Of a DNA stretch of 11,196 nucleotides, positions 1 through 7,560 are shown piece after piece. How positions within the stretch are numbered: position 1 is the stretch's first letter; each line of letters begins with the position of its first letter. Position numbers and translations under genes: made by a program. The DNA comes from an uncultured delta proteobacterium. Lineage in GTDB: Bacteria; Desulfobacterota; RBG-13-43-22. Where the stretch lies: assembly GCA_963802945.1 (NCBI GenBank), contig CAWDKY010000063.1:1-11196 (forward strand), given 5' to 3'. The notes under the pieces were generated by a model. The model was given only the letters and a program-made list of their open reading frames with translations. It searched no databases and was not told where the DNA came from.

Positions 1-14
1 CTAAGGTTTTCGAA

Positions 15-78
15 TGGAGCAACGGAGTAGTGGAGTAATGGATTTTTCAGACCATCACTCCAATACTCCATTACTCCA
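15..78. repeat. Palindromic element built from tandem 8-bp units (TGGAGTAA-like x3 / TTACTCCA-like x3)
   Basis: Left arm 15-41 is tggagcaa-cggagtag-tggagtaa-tgg. Right arm 52-78 is cca-tcactcca-atactcca-ttactcca. The arms are reverse complements at 23/27 positions around a 10-nt loop. Confidence 0.85.
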
Positions 79-130
79 GTTCGGGTTATTACCTAACATT
101 AATCCTTTCATCTTTTGACAGGTAAGTCCC

Positions 131-1030
131 TTGTCCGAAAAAAAACATCCGATCCTGTTTGGAATATTGATCTACAGCTTGGTGGCCTGCGGTTTGCTGG
201 TCCTTTGGGGAGGGTTAACCTTTTTTCTGAAAGGGAATACCGGCCTCTGTTTTGGAAATCGTATCGGGGTGGTTTCTATACGGGGATTTATCATTGACTC
301 CAAAGGGGTAGTGGAACAAATAAAAAAATATCGTAAAGATAACCGAGTCAAGGCGATTATCCTCAGAATTGACTCGCCTGGAGGCGGGACAGCCGCTTCT
401 CAAGAAATCTATCGGGAAATACAAAGAACCGTTAGCAAGAAAAAAGTGATCGCCTCTATGGGGAATGTGGCTGCTTCCGGAGGTTATTATGTGGCTCTGG
501 CTGCTGACAAGATTGTAGCCAATCCGGCAACCCTGACCGGAAGTATCGGGGTGATCATGGAGGTGTCCAATATTAAAGAGCTCCTCCAAAAAATTGGAGT
601 CAGTCGAGAGGCGATTAAAAGCGGTCCTTATAAAGATATCGGCTCACCGGTTAGGGAAATGAAGCCGGAAGAGCGTCGCCTCCTGGAAGACGTGATCCAA
701 AACGTCCATCAACAATTTATCGAAGCCGTTTGCCAGGGACGCCGGTTAAGCCGGGAACAGGTGGAGGAAATAGCCGACGGGAGAATCTTCACCGGGCAAC
801 AGGCCAAGGCCTTGGGATTAATCGATGAATTGGGAAGCTTCGAAGACGCTGTGGACCTGGCTAAGAAAATGGTTGGGCTTTCAGGCGAAGTTAAACTGAT
901 TTTTACGGAAAAGAAACGTTTCTCTATTTGGGATTTTATTTTCAGTGAAATGATGGGGGAGATCAAGCAATCCCTTCAAACCAATTGGTCTTCAACCCCG
1001 CTTTTGTTGGTCCCGCCCGTTTTTTATTAA
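131..1030 (+). CDS. sppA: Signal peptide peptidase SppA, 36K type (peptidase S49)
   Basis: N-terminal TM helix. S49 motifs IDSPGG, AASGGYY (catalytic Ser), TGSIGV, KSGPYKD (catalytic Lys), ADGRIFTG and GLIDELG. TTG start preceded by AGGT. Confidence 0.95.
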   Translation: MSEKKHPILFGILIYSLVACGLLVLWGGLTFFLKGNTGLCFGNRIGVVSIRGFIIDSKGVVEQIKKYRKDNRVKAIILRIDSPGGGTAASQEIYREIQRTVSKKKVIASMGNVAASGGYYVALAADKIVANPATLTGSIGVIMEVSNIKELLQKIGVSREAIKSGPYKDIGSPVREMKPEERRLLEDVIQNVHQQFIEAVCQGRRLSREQVEEIADGRIFTGQQAKALGLIDELGSFEDAVDLAKKMVGLSGEVKLIFTEKKRFSIWDFIFSEMMGEIKQSLQTNWSSTPLLLVPPVFY

Positions 1031-1632
1031 AATTGACGAAACTCCCCAAGTCCCTCTCTTATCACCTCGACCCCATCATCGATCAGCGAAATGACAGTGG
1101 ATGGCTGATTGGCCGGTACACCACCATCAATGGTCAGGTCAATCTGGGAGCCAAAGGTTTCTTCGATCAAGGATGGATCGGACAAGACCTCACCTCCTGA
1201 AAACCCGACGCTGGTGCTGATGATCGGATTACCCAGCGTTTTTACGATGGCCAGACAGATATTGTTGTTAGGCACCCGAATGCCCACCGTCTTTCTTTTC
1301 GTCAGCATGATCTTGGGAACCAGTTTGGTACCCAGGAGGATAAAGGTGTAGGGACCCGGCAGACATCGTTTCATGATTTTGTAAGCCTGGTTGGTGAGTT
1401 GGGCATATAAACTGATATTTTTTAAATCCGAACAGATAAAGCTGAAAGGTTTTTTCAGTTCTCTTCTTTTGATCTGATAGATGCGTTGAATGGCTTTTTT
1501 ATTGTATATGTCACAGCCGAAACCGTAGATGGTATCGGTCGGATAGGCAATAACCCCTCCGGCCTTCAGTATGTCCACGGCCTTGTCGATCAGCCGTTTT
1601 TGAGGATTAGAGGGATTGATTCGCAGGATCAT
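1027..1632 (-). CDS. yciO: YrdC/Sua5/YciO-family protein, most like YciO (TsaC paralogue)
   Basis: Motifs INPSNPQKRLI, GGVIAYPTDTIYG, PGPYTFIL, KRKTVGIRVP, ISTS and PSTVISL..VIREGLG follow the YciO pattern. It lacks the STSAN motif of canonical TsaC and has no Sua5 C-terminal domain. Confidence 0.85.
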   Translation of the reverse strand: MILRINPSNPQKRLIDKAVDILKAGGVIAYPTDTIYGFGCDIYNKKAIQRIYQIKRRELKKPFSFICSDLKNISLYAQLTNQAYKIMKRCLPGPYTFILLGTKLVPKIMLTKRKTVGIRVPNNNICLAIVKTLGNPIISTSVGFSGGEVLSDPSLIEETFGSQIDLTIDGGVPANQPSTVISLIDDGVEVIREGLGEFRQF

Positions 1633-1758
1633 CTCATATCCTTTTGAGATTGTTTTTCAAAATCCAATCGAAACCGGGAATATGGTTTCCCTTCCCTGGT
1701 AATCCGGTTTACATTTCAACCCAAATTCCTTGTCTATCCGGAGCCGGGAATTACTTTT

Positions 1759-1788
1759 ATTATACCTGAAAGGAAAAAGTCTTGTCAA
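1759..1788 (-). promoter_or_regulatory. Sigma70-type promoter for the yciO-like gene
   Basis: Minus strand reads TTGACA (1788-1783), an 18-nt spacer, then TATAAT (1764-1759). Both hexamers are perfect consensus. Confidence 0.75.
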
Positions 1789-1810
1789 ATGATCTCTGGC
1801 CGTTTATACA
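1782..1810 (+). promoter_or_regulatory. Possible sigma70-type promoter for pilD, sharing its -35 region with the divergent promoter
   Basis: TTGTCA (1782-1787), 17-nt spacer, TATACA (1805-1810). The -10 is imperfect. Confidence 0.35.
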
Positions 1811-1837
1811 GAATAGAGCTATGGTTAATCCGATTGA

Positions 1838-2623
1838 ATGGTGCCAATACTGATGACGATACCTCTGTGGTTTTTCTTGCTATTTCTGCTCATCCTGGGA
1901 TTGATTCTCGGTAGTTTCTATAATGTCTGCATCTACCGTTTACCCCAGGAAGAATCCATCGTTTGGCCCGGTTCCCATTGTCCCCATTGTGGGCATCCCC
2001 TCTCGATTCTGGATAATTTGCCCCTGGTAAGCTTTTTGCTATTAAAAGGGTCATGTCGATATTGTCAGGCCCCAATCTCTTATCAATATCCCTTGGTCGA
2101 AGGAGTGACCGGTTTGGCCACGGTTCTGATCGGCTGGAAGTTCGGCCTTTCCTGGGCCTTCTTTCAGGCCCTGGTTTTGTTCGGCGCCCTATTGGTTGTT
2201 TCTTTTATCGACCGGTCTCATCAAATCATACCCGATTGGATCACCTATCCTGGAATAGGGATTGGATTGATTTTTTCCTGGCTGACTGGAACCCCGGGCC
2301 TTTGGTCCTCTTTGATAGGTGTCCTATTGGGGGGTGGCCTGTTATGGCTTTTGGCTTTCGGGTACCAATGGTTGGCCAAAAAGGAAGGCATGGGAGGAGG
2401 GGACATCAAGTTATTGGCCATGATCGGTGCCTTCCTCGGTTGGCCGGGAGTTTTGGTCACCCTTCTTTTCGGCTCCTTGTTAGGGACCCTGGTGGGTCTC
2501 GGGTTGATCCTCATTTGGAAGAAGGATCGCACCTATGCCGTTCCTTTCGGCCCTTTTCTTTCTTTGGGGGCTGTTATTTATCTCTTTTTCGGCGCTGCCA
2601 TTCTGAACTGGTATCTCGGTTAA
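1838..2623 (+). CDS. pilD: Prepilin peptidase / N-methyltransferase (A24A)
   Basis: GSFYNVCIYRLP, two Zn-binding CxxC pairs (CPHC, CRYC), catalytic aspartates in SFID and GMGGGDIKL, C-terminal VPFGPFL, and several TM helices. The exact start (1838 or a nearby ATG) is uncertain. Confidence 0.96.
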   Translation: MVPILMTIPLWFFLLFLLILGLILGSFYNVCIYRLPQEESIVWPGSHCPHCGHPLSILDNLPLVSFLLLKGSCRYCQAPISYQYPLVEGVTGLATVLIGWKFGLSWAFFQALVLFGALLVVSFIDRSHQIIPDWITYPGIGIGLIFSWLTGTPGLWSSLIGVLLGGGLLWLLAFGYQWLAKKEGMGGGDIKLLAMIGAFLGWPGVLVTLLFGSLLGTLVGLGLILIWKKDRTYAVPFGPFLSLGAVIYLFFGAAILNWYLG

Positions 2624-2772
2624 TTTTCTTCATTTTTGATTCTATTCGGGCATCTCACTTTTCAAATTTATTAGCCTTTAATTCAAATAGACCTTTAGGG
2701 GAAATTTTCTGTACTGGTCTGGGGTTAAAGCTATTCTTTTTCAACGTATTCGATACCGGGAGGTAATCCAAT

Positions 2773-3255
2773 ATGTTTTTTAAAAATAATGGTTCAGGAT
2801 TCTCTTTAATCGAGACGGTTTTTTCCCTATTTCTTTTGGGCTTGGTTTCTTCTTTAGGTTGTTATGGTTTTAAGGAGCTTATCCCCAAATATCGTCTTCA
2901 AGGGGCAGTGCAAAGTATGGTTTCGGATTTCCAGCTGGCCCGAATGAAAGCCATAGGGAAAAATTGCTTTTACCGGATCCGGATTGACCCCGGACAAAAA
3001 CAGTACTTTTTAGAACGGGAATCTTTATTCGGGAGTTCCCAATGGCCTGGCATTCAGGAAGGGATATTACGAAAATTCAATGATCCTGGAAATCCCTATT
3101 ACTATCCTGGAGTGGACTTGGAGAGCAGTACTAATAATCCGATTTTTCTGCCTCGAGGGTCGGCAATCGGAACCACCATTGTCTTAAGAAATTCATCCGG
3201 ACAGAAAAAAATTACCCTTTCTTCTCAGGGAAGGGTGAAAGTGCAGGAGGGCTAA
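2773..3255 (+). CDS. FimT/FimU/GspH-family minor pilin
   Basis: Class III signal G|FSLIE plus hydrophobic helix, SDFQLARMKAI helix, and the GspH/FimT-like C-terminus IFLPRGS...ITLSSQGRVKV. SD GGAGGT just upstream. Confidence 0.88.
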   Translation: MFFKNNGSGFSLIETVFSLFLLGLVSSLGCYGFKELIPKYRLQGAVQSMVSDFQLARMKAIGKNCFYRIRIDPGQKQYFLERESLFGSSQWPGIQEGILRKFNDPGNPYYYPGVDLESSTNNPIFLPRGSAIGTTIVLRNSSGQKKITLSSQGRVKVQEG

Positions 3256-3256
3256 A

Positions 3257-4126
3257 ATGAAAAGAGAACTCAGTTCTCAAGGGTTCACCATGATCGAAAT
3301 TCTGATGGCCTTGACTCTTTTGGGAGTGGCCCTGGGAACATTTTGCCAAATTTTTATATCCCAGTCCGCGGCTTATAAAACGCAAGCCAATATTGTCCAG
3401 AGACAGCAAGAGCTTAGGGCTGGTTTGGAAATAATCGCTCGTGATTTTAGGAGTGCGGGATATCCCCTTTTGGATCAATCTTTTTTAAAAGATCTAACGG
3501 ACTGGATTCCCAGTTCCTTTATTCCCAAGACCCCTCAAATCGTGACTCCCAAAGGGACCGTTACCGTGACCTCGGGAGGGGACAATCCGGATATTCTTTC
3601 TCTGGTGATTCTCCTTTCGAGTGAGACTAATCCAACGACCTTGGCCCAACAAGCCTTGGCCGGCGACACGGCGATCAGGCTAAACTTAAGCGGTTCGGAA
3701 AGCGAGGCCCAATATAATATTTCCGATACGATTTATATCGGTAAACCGGCAGAAATGGCACAGGTCAAAGCCATTTCAGGGCAAACGCTGATCATCGACA
3801 CTGATCCTTTTCAACCAGGCAACCAAGGGCTGAAAAATTCCTATTTGCCTGGAACGGAGGTGGGTGAGATCAGTTTGGTCAGTTATGCAGTTTTTAATGA
3901 TCAAAACGATCCGGGAGGGAAATATCATGATCCGGGTATCCCGGTTCTTAAAAGAAAGATCAATGCCTGCGGCTTTGAGCCCCTGGCTGAGAATATCATT
4001 GATCTAAAAATAATTCCGATAAAATCTGATTTGTTCCAGGTTCGGCTTTCCGTTCGAATCAACTTTCCTCCGACGGCCAAAGAAAGCCTGTTGACCATGA
4101 GCACCCAAATTATGAAAAGGAGTTAA
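3257..4126 (+). CDS. PilW-family minor pilin
   Basis: G|FTMIE prepilin motif and the QQELRAGLEIIARDFRSAGY helix typical of PilW/GspJ, plus C-terminal EPLAENIIDL. SD GGAGG; starts 1 nt after the upstream stop. Confidence 0.88.
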   Translation: MKRELSSQGFTMIEILMALTLLGVALGTFCQIFISQSAAYKTQANIVQRQQELRAGLEIIARDFRSAGYPLLDQSFLKDLTDWIPSSFIPKTPQIVTPKGTVTVTSGGDNPDILSLVILLSSETNPTTLAQQALAGDTAIRLNLSGSESEAQYNISDTIYIGKPAEMAQVKAISGQTLIIDTDPFQPGNQGLKNSYLPGTEVGEISLVSYAVFNDQNDPGGKYHDPGIPVLKRKINACGFEPLAENIIDLKIIPIKSDLFQVRLSVRINFPPTAKESLLTMSTQIMKRS

Positions 4127-4165
4127 CGTTAAACGTCATTCTTAGCATCGAAGGGGTAATAATCC

Positions 4166-5284
4166 ATGTCTCCATTAAAACAACAAAAAGGCGCCGCCTT
4201 GGTAGGGGTCATGTTGGTTCTGTTGGTTTTGACTCTCCTGGGATCCACTGCTTTTTTAACTTCCCATACCGAGCTGAACATCAGTTCCAATTACAATCAA
4301 AGCCTTCAAGCCTTATATGCGGCCGAGGCGGGGCTGCAGCAGCTTTTGTCCTATTATCGTCAAAACCCTGGTGATTTTTTACAGAAAAAAACAGCTCAAG
4401 AAATGAACTTCCCCGTTATGGAGCCCGAGGATTTAAAAAGTACAGGGATCAAATTTTGGATCAATGCCTTGCGATATGATCCCCAGGATGTCCCTCATTA
4501 TGCCGAAGTGATCATGGTTGGGAAAGACTCCAGTCCAAACGGCTTAAGCCGTGTTCGGGCCACGATTTATTGTGCTCAATCAGGGGGGCTGATGGATGTA
4601 CCCTCGGTTTTTAAAATGGGAATCGTCACCGCCGGTCAACTCAACCTAAGCGGTCAGTTGGCAATATTTGGAAATCTGCACGCCAACCGGGGATACTCCA
4701 TAGAACCTTCTTCGATCATTGAACAACTCAAGCAGGATCAGTTTTCCGTTACCCAATCCCTTGACCCGATGCGTCCGGATTATCTCGCTCCTTTGGAAGT
4801 GCCGATAATTTCCGAAAAGAAATTTCAAGACTACCGTTCCATGGCTCAGCAGTCGGCCAATCAAATCTTTTTCGGTCAACAGCAATTGGTCCTCAACGGT
4901 GATCAGAAAGGGCTTTTGATTTTTGTTGAAGGTGACCTGATTCTTACAGGAAATAATTTGTCTGGCTTAACCATTGTGGCTACAGGTGCAATTACTTTGA
5001 ATGGTTCCACCAGTCTCAGTGGGAATCATGACCTGAATGTGGCCTTTATTGCCGGTGGGGATATTGGCTTAAATGACTTTTCTCAGGTCACAGGAGTATT
5101 ATGGTCCAATGGGACTGTCAGAAAAACAGGATCTGGTAAACTGACGGGAACCGTTGTTTGCCAAGGAAGTATCGTTCAATCAGGGGGATTGCAATTTGAG
5201 AGGGTTTCCCAAATCTCCAATACTTTTTTATCTCAGACGCCGACCACCTATGCTTTTTCCTTGAGCGGCTGGTCCCAGATGTAA
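4166..5284 (+). CDS. PilX-family minor pilin with a C-terminal repetitive, probably beta-solenoid, domain
   Basis: KG|AALVGV prepilin-like site lacking Glu5, as is typical of PilX/GspK. PilX_N motif QALYAAEAG. C-terminal repeats such as IFVEGDLILTG, IVATGAITLNG, FIAGGDIGLN, LWSNGTVRKTG and VVCQGSIVQSG. Confidence 0.85.
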   Translation: MSPLKQQKGAALVGVMLVLLVLTLLGSTAFLTSHTELNISSNYNQSLQALYAAEAGLQQLLSYYRQNPGDFLQKKTAQEMNFPVMEPEDLKSTGIKFWINALRYDPQDVPHYAEVIMVGKDSSPNGLSRVRATIYCAQSGGLMDVPSVFKMGIVTAGQLNLSGQLAIFGNLHANRGYSIEPSSIIEQLKQDQFSVTQSLDPMRPDYLAPLEVPIISEKKFQDYRSMAQQSANQIFFGQQQLVLNGDQKGLLIFVEGDLILTGNNLSGLTIVATGAITLNGSTSLSGNHDLNVAFIAGGDIGLNDFSQVTGVLWSNGTVRKTGSGKLTGTVVCQGSIVQSGGLQFERVSQISNTFLSQTPTTYAFSLSGWSQM

Positions 5285-5310
5285 TTCGACTAAAAAAATG
5301 ATAAAAATCC

Positions 5311-5340
5311 TTGACAAGGAACAATCCGCTATGCTAATTT
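5311..5340 (+). promoter_or_regulatory. Sigma70-type promoter of the cold-shock gene
   Basis: TTGACA (5311-5316), 18-nt spacer, extended -10 TGcTAATTT (5332-5340), with an A-rich UP-like tract upstream. Implies a leader of about 140 nt. Confidence 0.65.
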
Positions 5341-5385
5341 TGCCTTCAAAGTGAATTGGTTTCCCCATGAATCATTTTAAAAAAT

Positions 5386-5477
5386 AAAGGTAAAAAAGGG
5401 CAGACGACTTTTTTACCTTTTTTTATTCTGCCTGACGACGGATTTTATTTCCGTAAAGCTTTATGGTTATAAGGAGG
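5386..5477 (+). promoter_or_regulatory. Structured 5' UTR of the cold-shock gene
   Basis: Perfect 13-bp stem 5386-5398/5408-5420, 5-bp hairpin 5438-5454, and a 6-bp hairpin 5459-5474 that pairs part of the SD AAGGAGG (5471-5477). Confidence 0.6.
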
Positions 5478-5484
5478 GGCATGA

Positions 5485-5688
5485 ATGAAGAATAAAGGGA
5501 AAGTGAAATGGTTTAATGACGCCAAGGGGTTTGGATTTATCGAACAGGAGGGGGGAGCCGATGTCTTTGTGCACTATTCGGCTATTCAGATGGACGGTTT
5601 TAAAACCTTGAAACAAGGACAGGATGTGGAGTTCGAAGTGAAAGACGGAGAAAAGGGCCCGCAGGCAACCAATGTCATGAAACTTTAG
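5485..5688 (+). CDS. cspA: Cold-shock protein (CspA family)
   Basis: GKVKWFN, RNP1 KGFGFI, RNP2 [14 protein letters not shown] and KGPQA. Strong SD 7 nt upstream. The specific paralogue name is uncertain. Confidence 0.96.
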   Translation: MKNKGKVKWFNDAKGFGFIEQEGGADVFVHYSAIQMDGFKTLKQGQDVEFEVKDGEKGPQATNVMKL

Positions 5689-5717
5689 GCCTGGTCATGC
5701 TGCCGGGAAACTATTAG

Positions 5718-5757
5718 AGGCCCTCTAAAGACCCATGGAAAATAGAGGGCCTTTTTT
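5718..5757 (+). terminator. Rho-independent terminator after cspA
   Basis: AGGCCCTCTA (5718-5727) pairs with TAGAGGGCCT (5743-5752) in a 10-bp stem with a 15-nt loop, followed by a T-run to 5757. Confidence 0.8.
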
Positions 5758-5842
5758 GTGACCACCCGTAAAGAACTAAACACTGAAACGAAAAATAGTT
5801 TTTTAAGCTTTAAACCCTTAGACCGTCAGAGGGAAAGCACCA

Positions 5843-7558
5843 GTGCTTGATCAACTACAAATCGTTAATCTGGCCCTCATTGACCGAATGGCCCTTTCTT
5901 TCTCCAAGGGATTGAATATTCTTTCCGGAGAAACCGGGGCCGGGAAATCGATCATTATCAAGGCCGTCAATCTCCTGCTGGGCGAAAAACCTAGTCCAGA
6001 TACTGTCCGTCAAGGTGCGGAGGAAGCCAGGGTTGAAGCCCTTTTTACCCTCCCGTCCGATAATTTTTTTCAAGAGCTTCTCAAATCCCTGGGCCTGCCG
6101 GCAGAGGATCAACTCTTGATCAAACGGTCCATCCAGACCGGCGGAAAAAGCCGGGCCTGGATCAATGGCAGCCTGACCAATCAGACCACATTGAGTCGGG
6201 TGACCCGCACCCTGATCGGCATCTCCAACCAGCATGAGTATCAATCTTTGTTGAATCCGGTACAACATCTTTTCCTCTTGGACCGCTTTGCCGGTTTGCT
6301 TCCTTTGCGGGAAGAAGTTCAGAACCAATTTGATTTTTTAGAAGGTCGAATCAAGGCCTGGAAGGAACTTGCCGATCAGGAACAGAAGCGGAAGAGTCAA
6401 AAAGACTTGTGGCTTTTTCAAGCCCAGGAGATTCAACAGGCCGATCTCCATCCCGGAGAAGATCAGGAACTGCAACAGCGAAAACGGGTCCTGCAACAGG
6501 CGGAAAAGATTTATGAGAAGGTACACCAGGCCCAGCAGTCCTTATCCGAAGAAGAACATTCCAGTCTTAATACCCTTTCTCTTTCCAAGGATCTGATCCG
6601 GTCGGCGGCTTCAGTGGATACCGAGCTTCAACCTCTGTTTCAGGACCTGGAAACCCTTCAAGTACAGTTGACGGAGATTACCACCGGGTTACGAGATTAC
6701 CTTTCCCGTCTGGTTTTTGATCCTCAAATCCTGGAACAGGTCGAGGAACGGCTTGACCGCATCCAGCGATTGACCGCCAAATACGGCCCAACGGTCGCCG
6801 AGGTTCTGGGCTATTGGGAACAAATTGAAAAAAACTTAAAAGAAGGAGAAGACCAGGCTGATAAGCGAAAGGCCTTGGAAGAGGAAATTCGAATCGGACG
6901 CAAACGGCTTTTTGAAACCTCACAGGATCTGTCGCAGAAAAGAAAAAAAGCGGCCTTGGATTTGACCGCTCAAGTCGAAAAAGAATTAAAAGGGCTGGGC
7001 ATGGGGGGCTGTCAGTTTCAAATGGTTTTTTCCTCTCTCGTTTCCGAGGGAGAGGCCGATGAAAACTATCTGCATGAAGGGACTGTCCTGAGCCGGACCG
7101 GTATTGAAAAAGGGGAGTTTTATATTGCTCCCAATGTAGGAGAAGGCCTGCGGCCCTTGGCCCGGATTGCCTCAGGCGGAGAACTTTCCCGGATTCTACT
7201 GGTCCTCAAGGGATTGCTGTCTCATCAGGATTCCCTGGAAACCCTGGTTTTTGATGAAGTGGATTCCGGGATCGGAGGAAGCCTGGGGGAGGCCGTGGGC
7301 CGGAAGCTGGCCCAATTATCCCAAACCAGCCAGGTGGTTTGTATCACCCATTTGCCTCAAATCGCCGCTTTTGCCCAGGCCCATTTCCAGGTAGTCAAAG
7401 AGACCCGTGATAAACGGACCCAGACCAAAATTCGTTTGCTTCGGGAAGAGGAACAGGTTGAAGAAATGGCCCGCATGCTGGGCGGATCTTCTGCTTCTTC
7501 CAAGACCCTATCCGTGGCCAGAGAAATGTTGGCCCGGGCCAGAAAACACCGAGCCTGA
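5843..7558 (+). CDS. recN: DNA repair protein RecN (SMC-like ATPase)
   Basis: Walker A GETGAGKS, Q-loop SNQHEYQ, long coiled coil, signature ASGGE, Walker B LVFDEVD, H-switch CITHLPQ and EEMARMLGG. 571 aa, GTG start with SD GAGGGA. Confidence 0.97.
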   Translation: MLDQLQIVNLALIDRMALSFSKGLNILSGETGAGKSIIIKAVNLLLGEKPSPDTVRQGAEEARVEALFTLPSDNFFQELLKSLGLPAEDQLLIKRSIQTGGKSRAWINGSLTNQTTLSRVTRTLIGISNQHEYQSLLNPVQHLFLLDRFAGLLPLREEVQNQFDFLEGRIKAWKELADQEQKRKSQKDLWLFQAQEIQQADLHPGEDQELQQRKRVLQQAEKIYEKVHQAQQSLSEEEHSSLNTLSLSKDLIRSAASVDTELQPLFQDLETLQVQLTEITTGLRDYLSRLVFDPQILEQVEERLDRIQRLTAKYGPTVAEVLGYWEQIEKNLKEGEDQADKRKALEEEIRIGRKRLFETSQDLSQKRKKAALDLTAQVEKELKGLGMGGCQFQMVFSSLVSEGEADENYLHEGTVLSRTGIEKGEFYIAPNVGEGLRPLARIASGGELSRILLVLKGLLSHQDSLETLVFDEVDSGIGGSLGEAVGRKLAQLSQTSQVVCITHLPQIAAFAQAHFQVVKETRDKRTQTKIRLLREEEQVEEMARMLGGSSASSKTLSVAREMLARARKHRA

Positions 7559-7560
7559 AC

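Noticed and set aside
2714-2732. Possible sigma54 promoter upstream of the minor pilins
   Set aside because: No GG lies exactly 10 nt before the GC at 2730-2731, so the required -24/-12 spacing is not met.
2053-2766. 237-aa alternative-frame ORF overlapping pilD
   Set aside because: It has an Arg/Ser/Pro-rich shadow composition and no motifs, and lies almost wholly within a well-supported gene. The other short overlapping or antisense ORFs in the track (e.g. 215-589, 5855-6328, 1109-1351) are rejected for the same reason.
5481-5495. Out-of-frame mini-ORF ATG AAT GAA GAA TAA overlapping the cspA start
   Set aside because: It is only 3 nt from the SD core, whereas ATG 5485 has the optimal 7-nt spacing. 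Probably incidental.
5758-5842. LexA/SOS box upstream of recN
   Set aside because: I saw no match to CTGT-N8-ACAG or GAAC-N4-GTTC, and no other clear operator-like palindrome.
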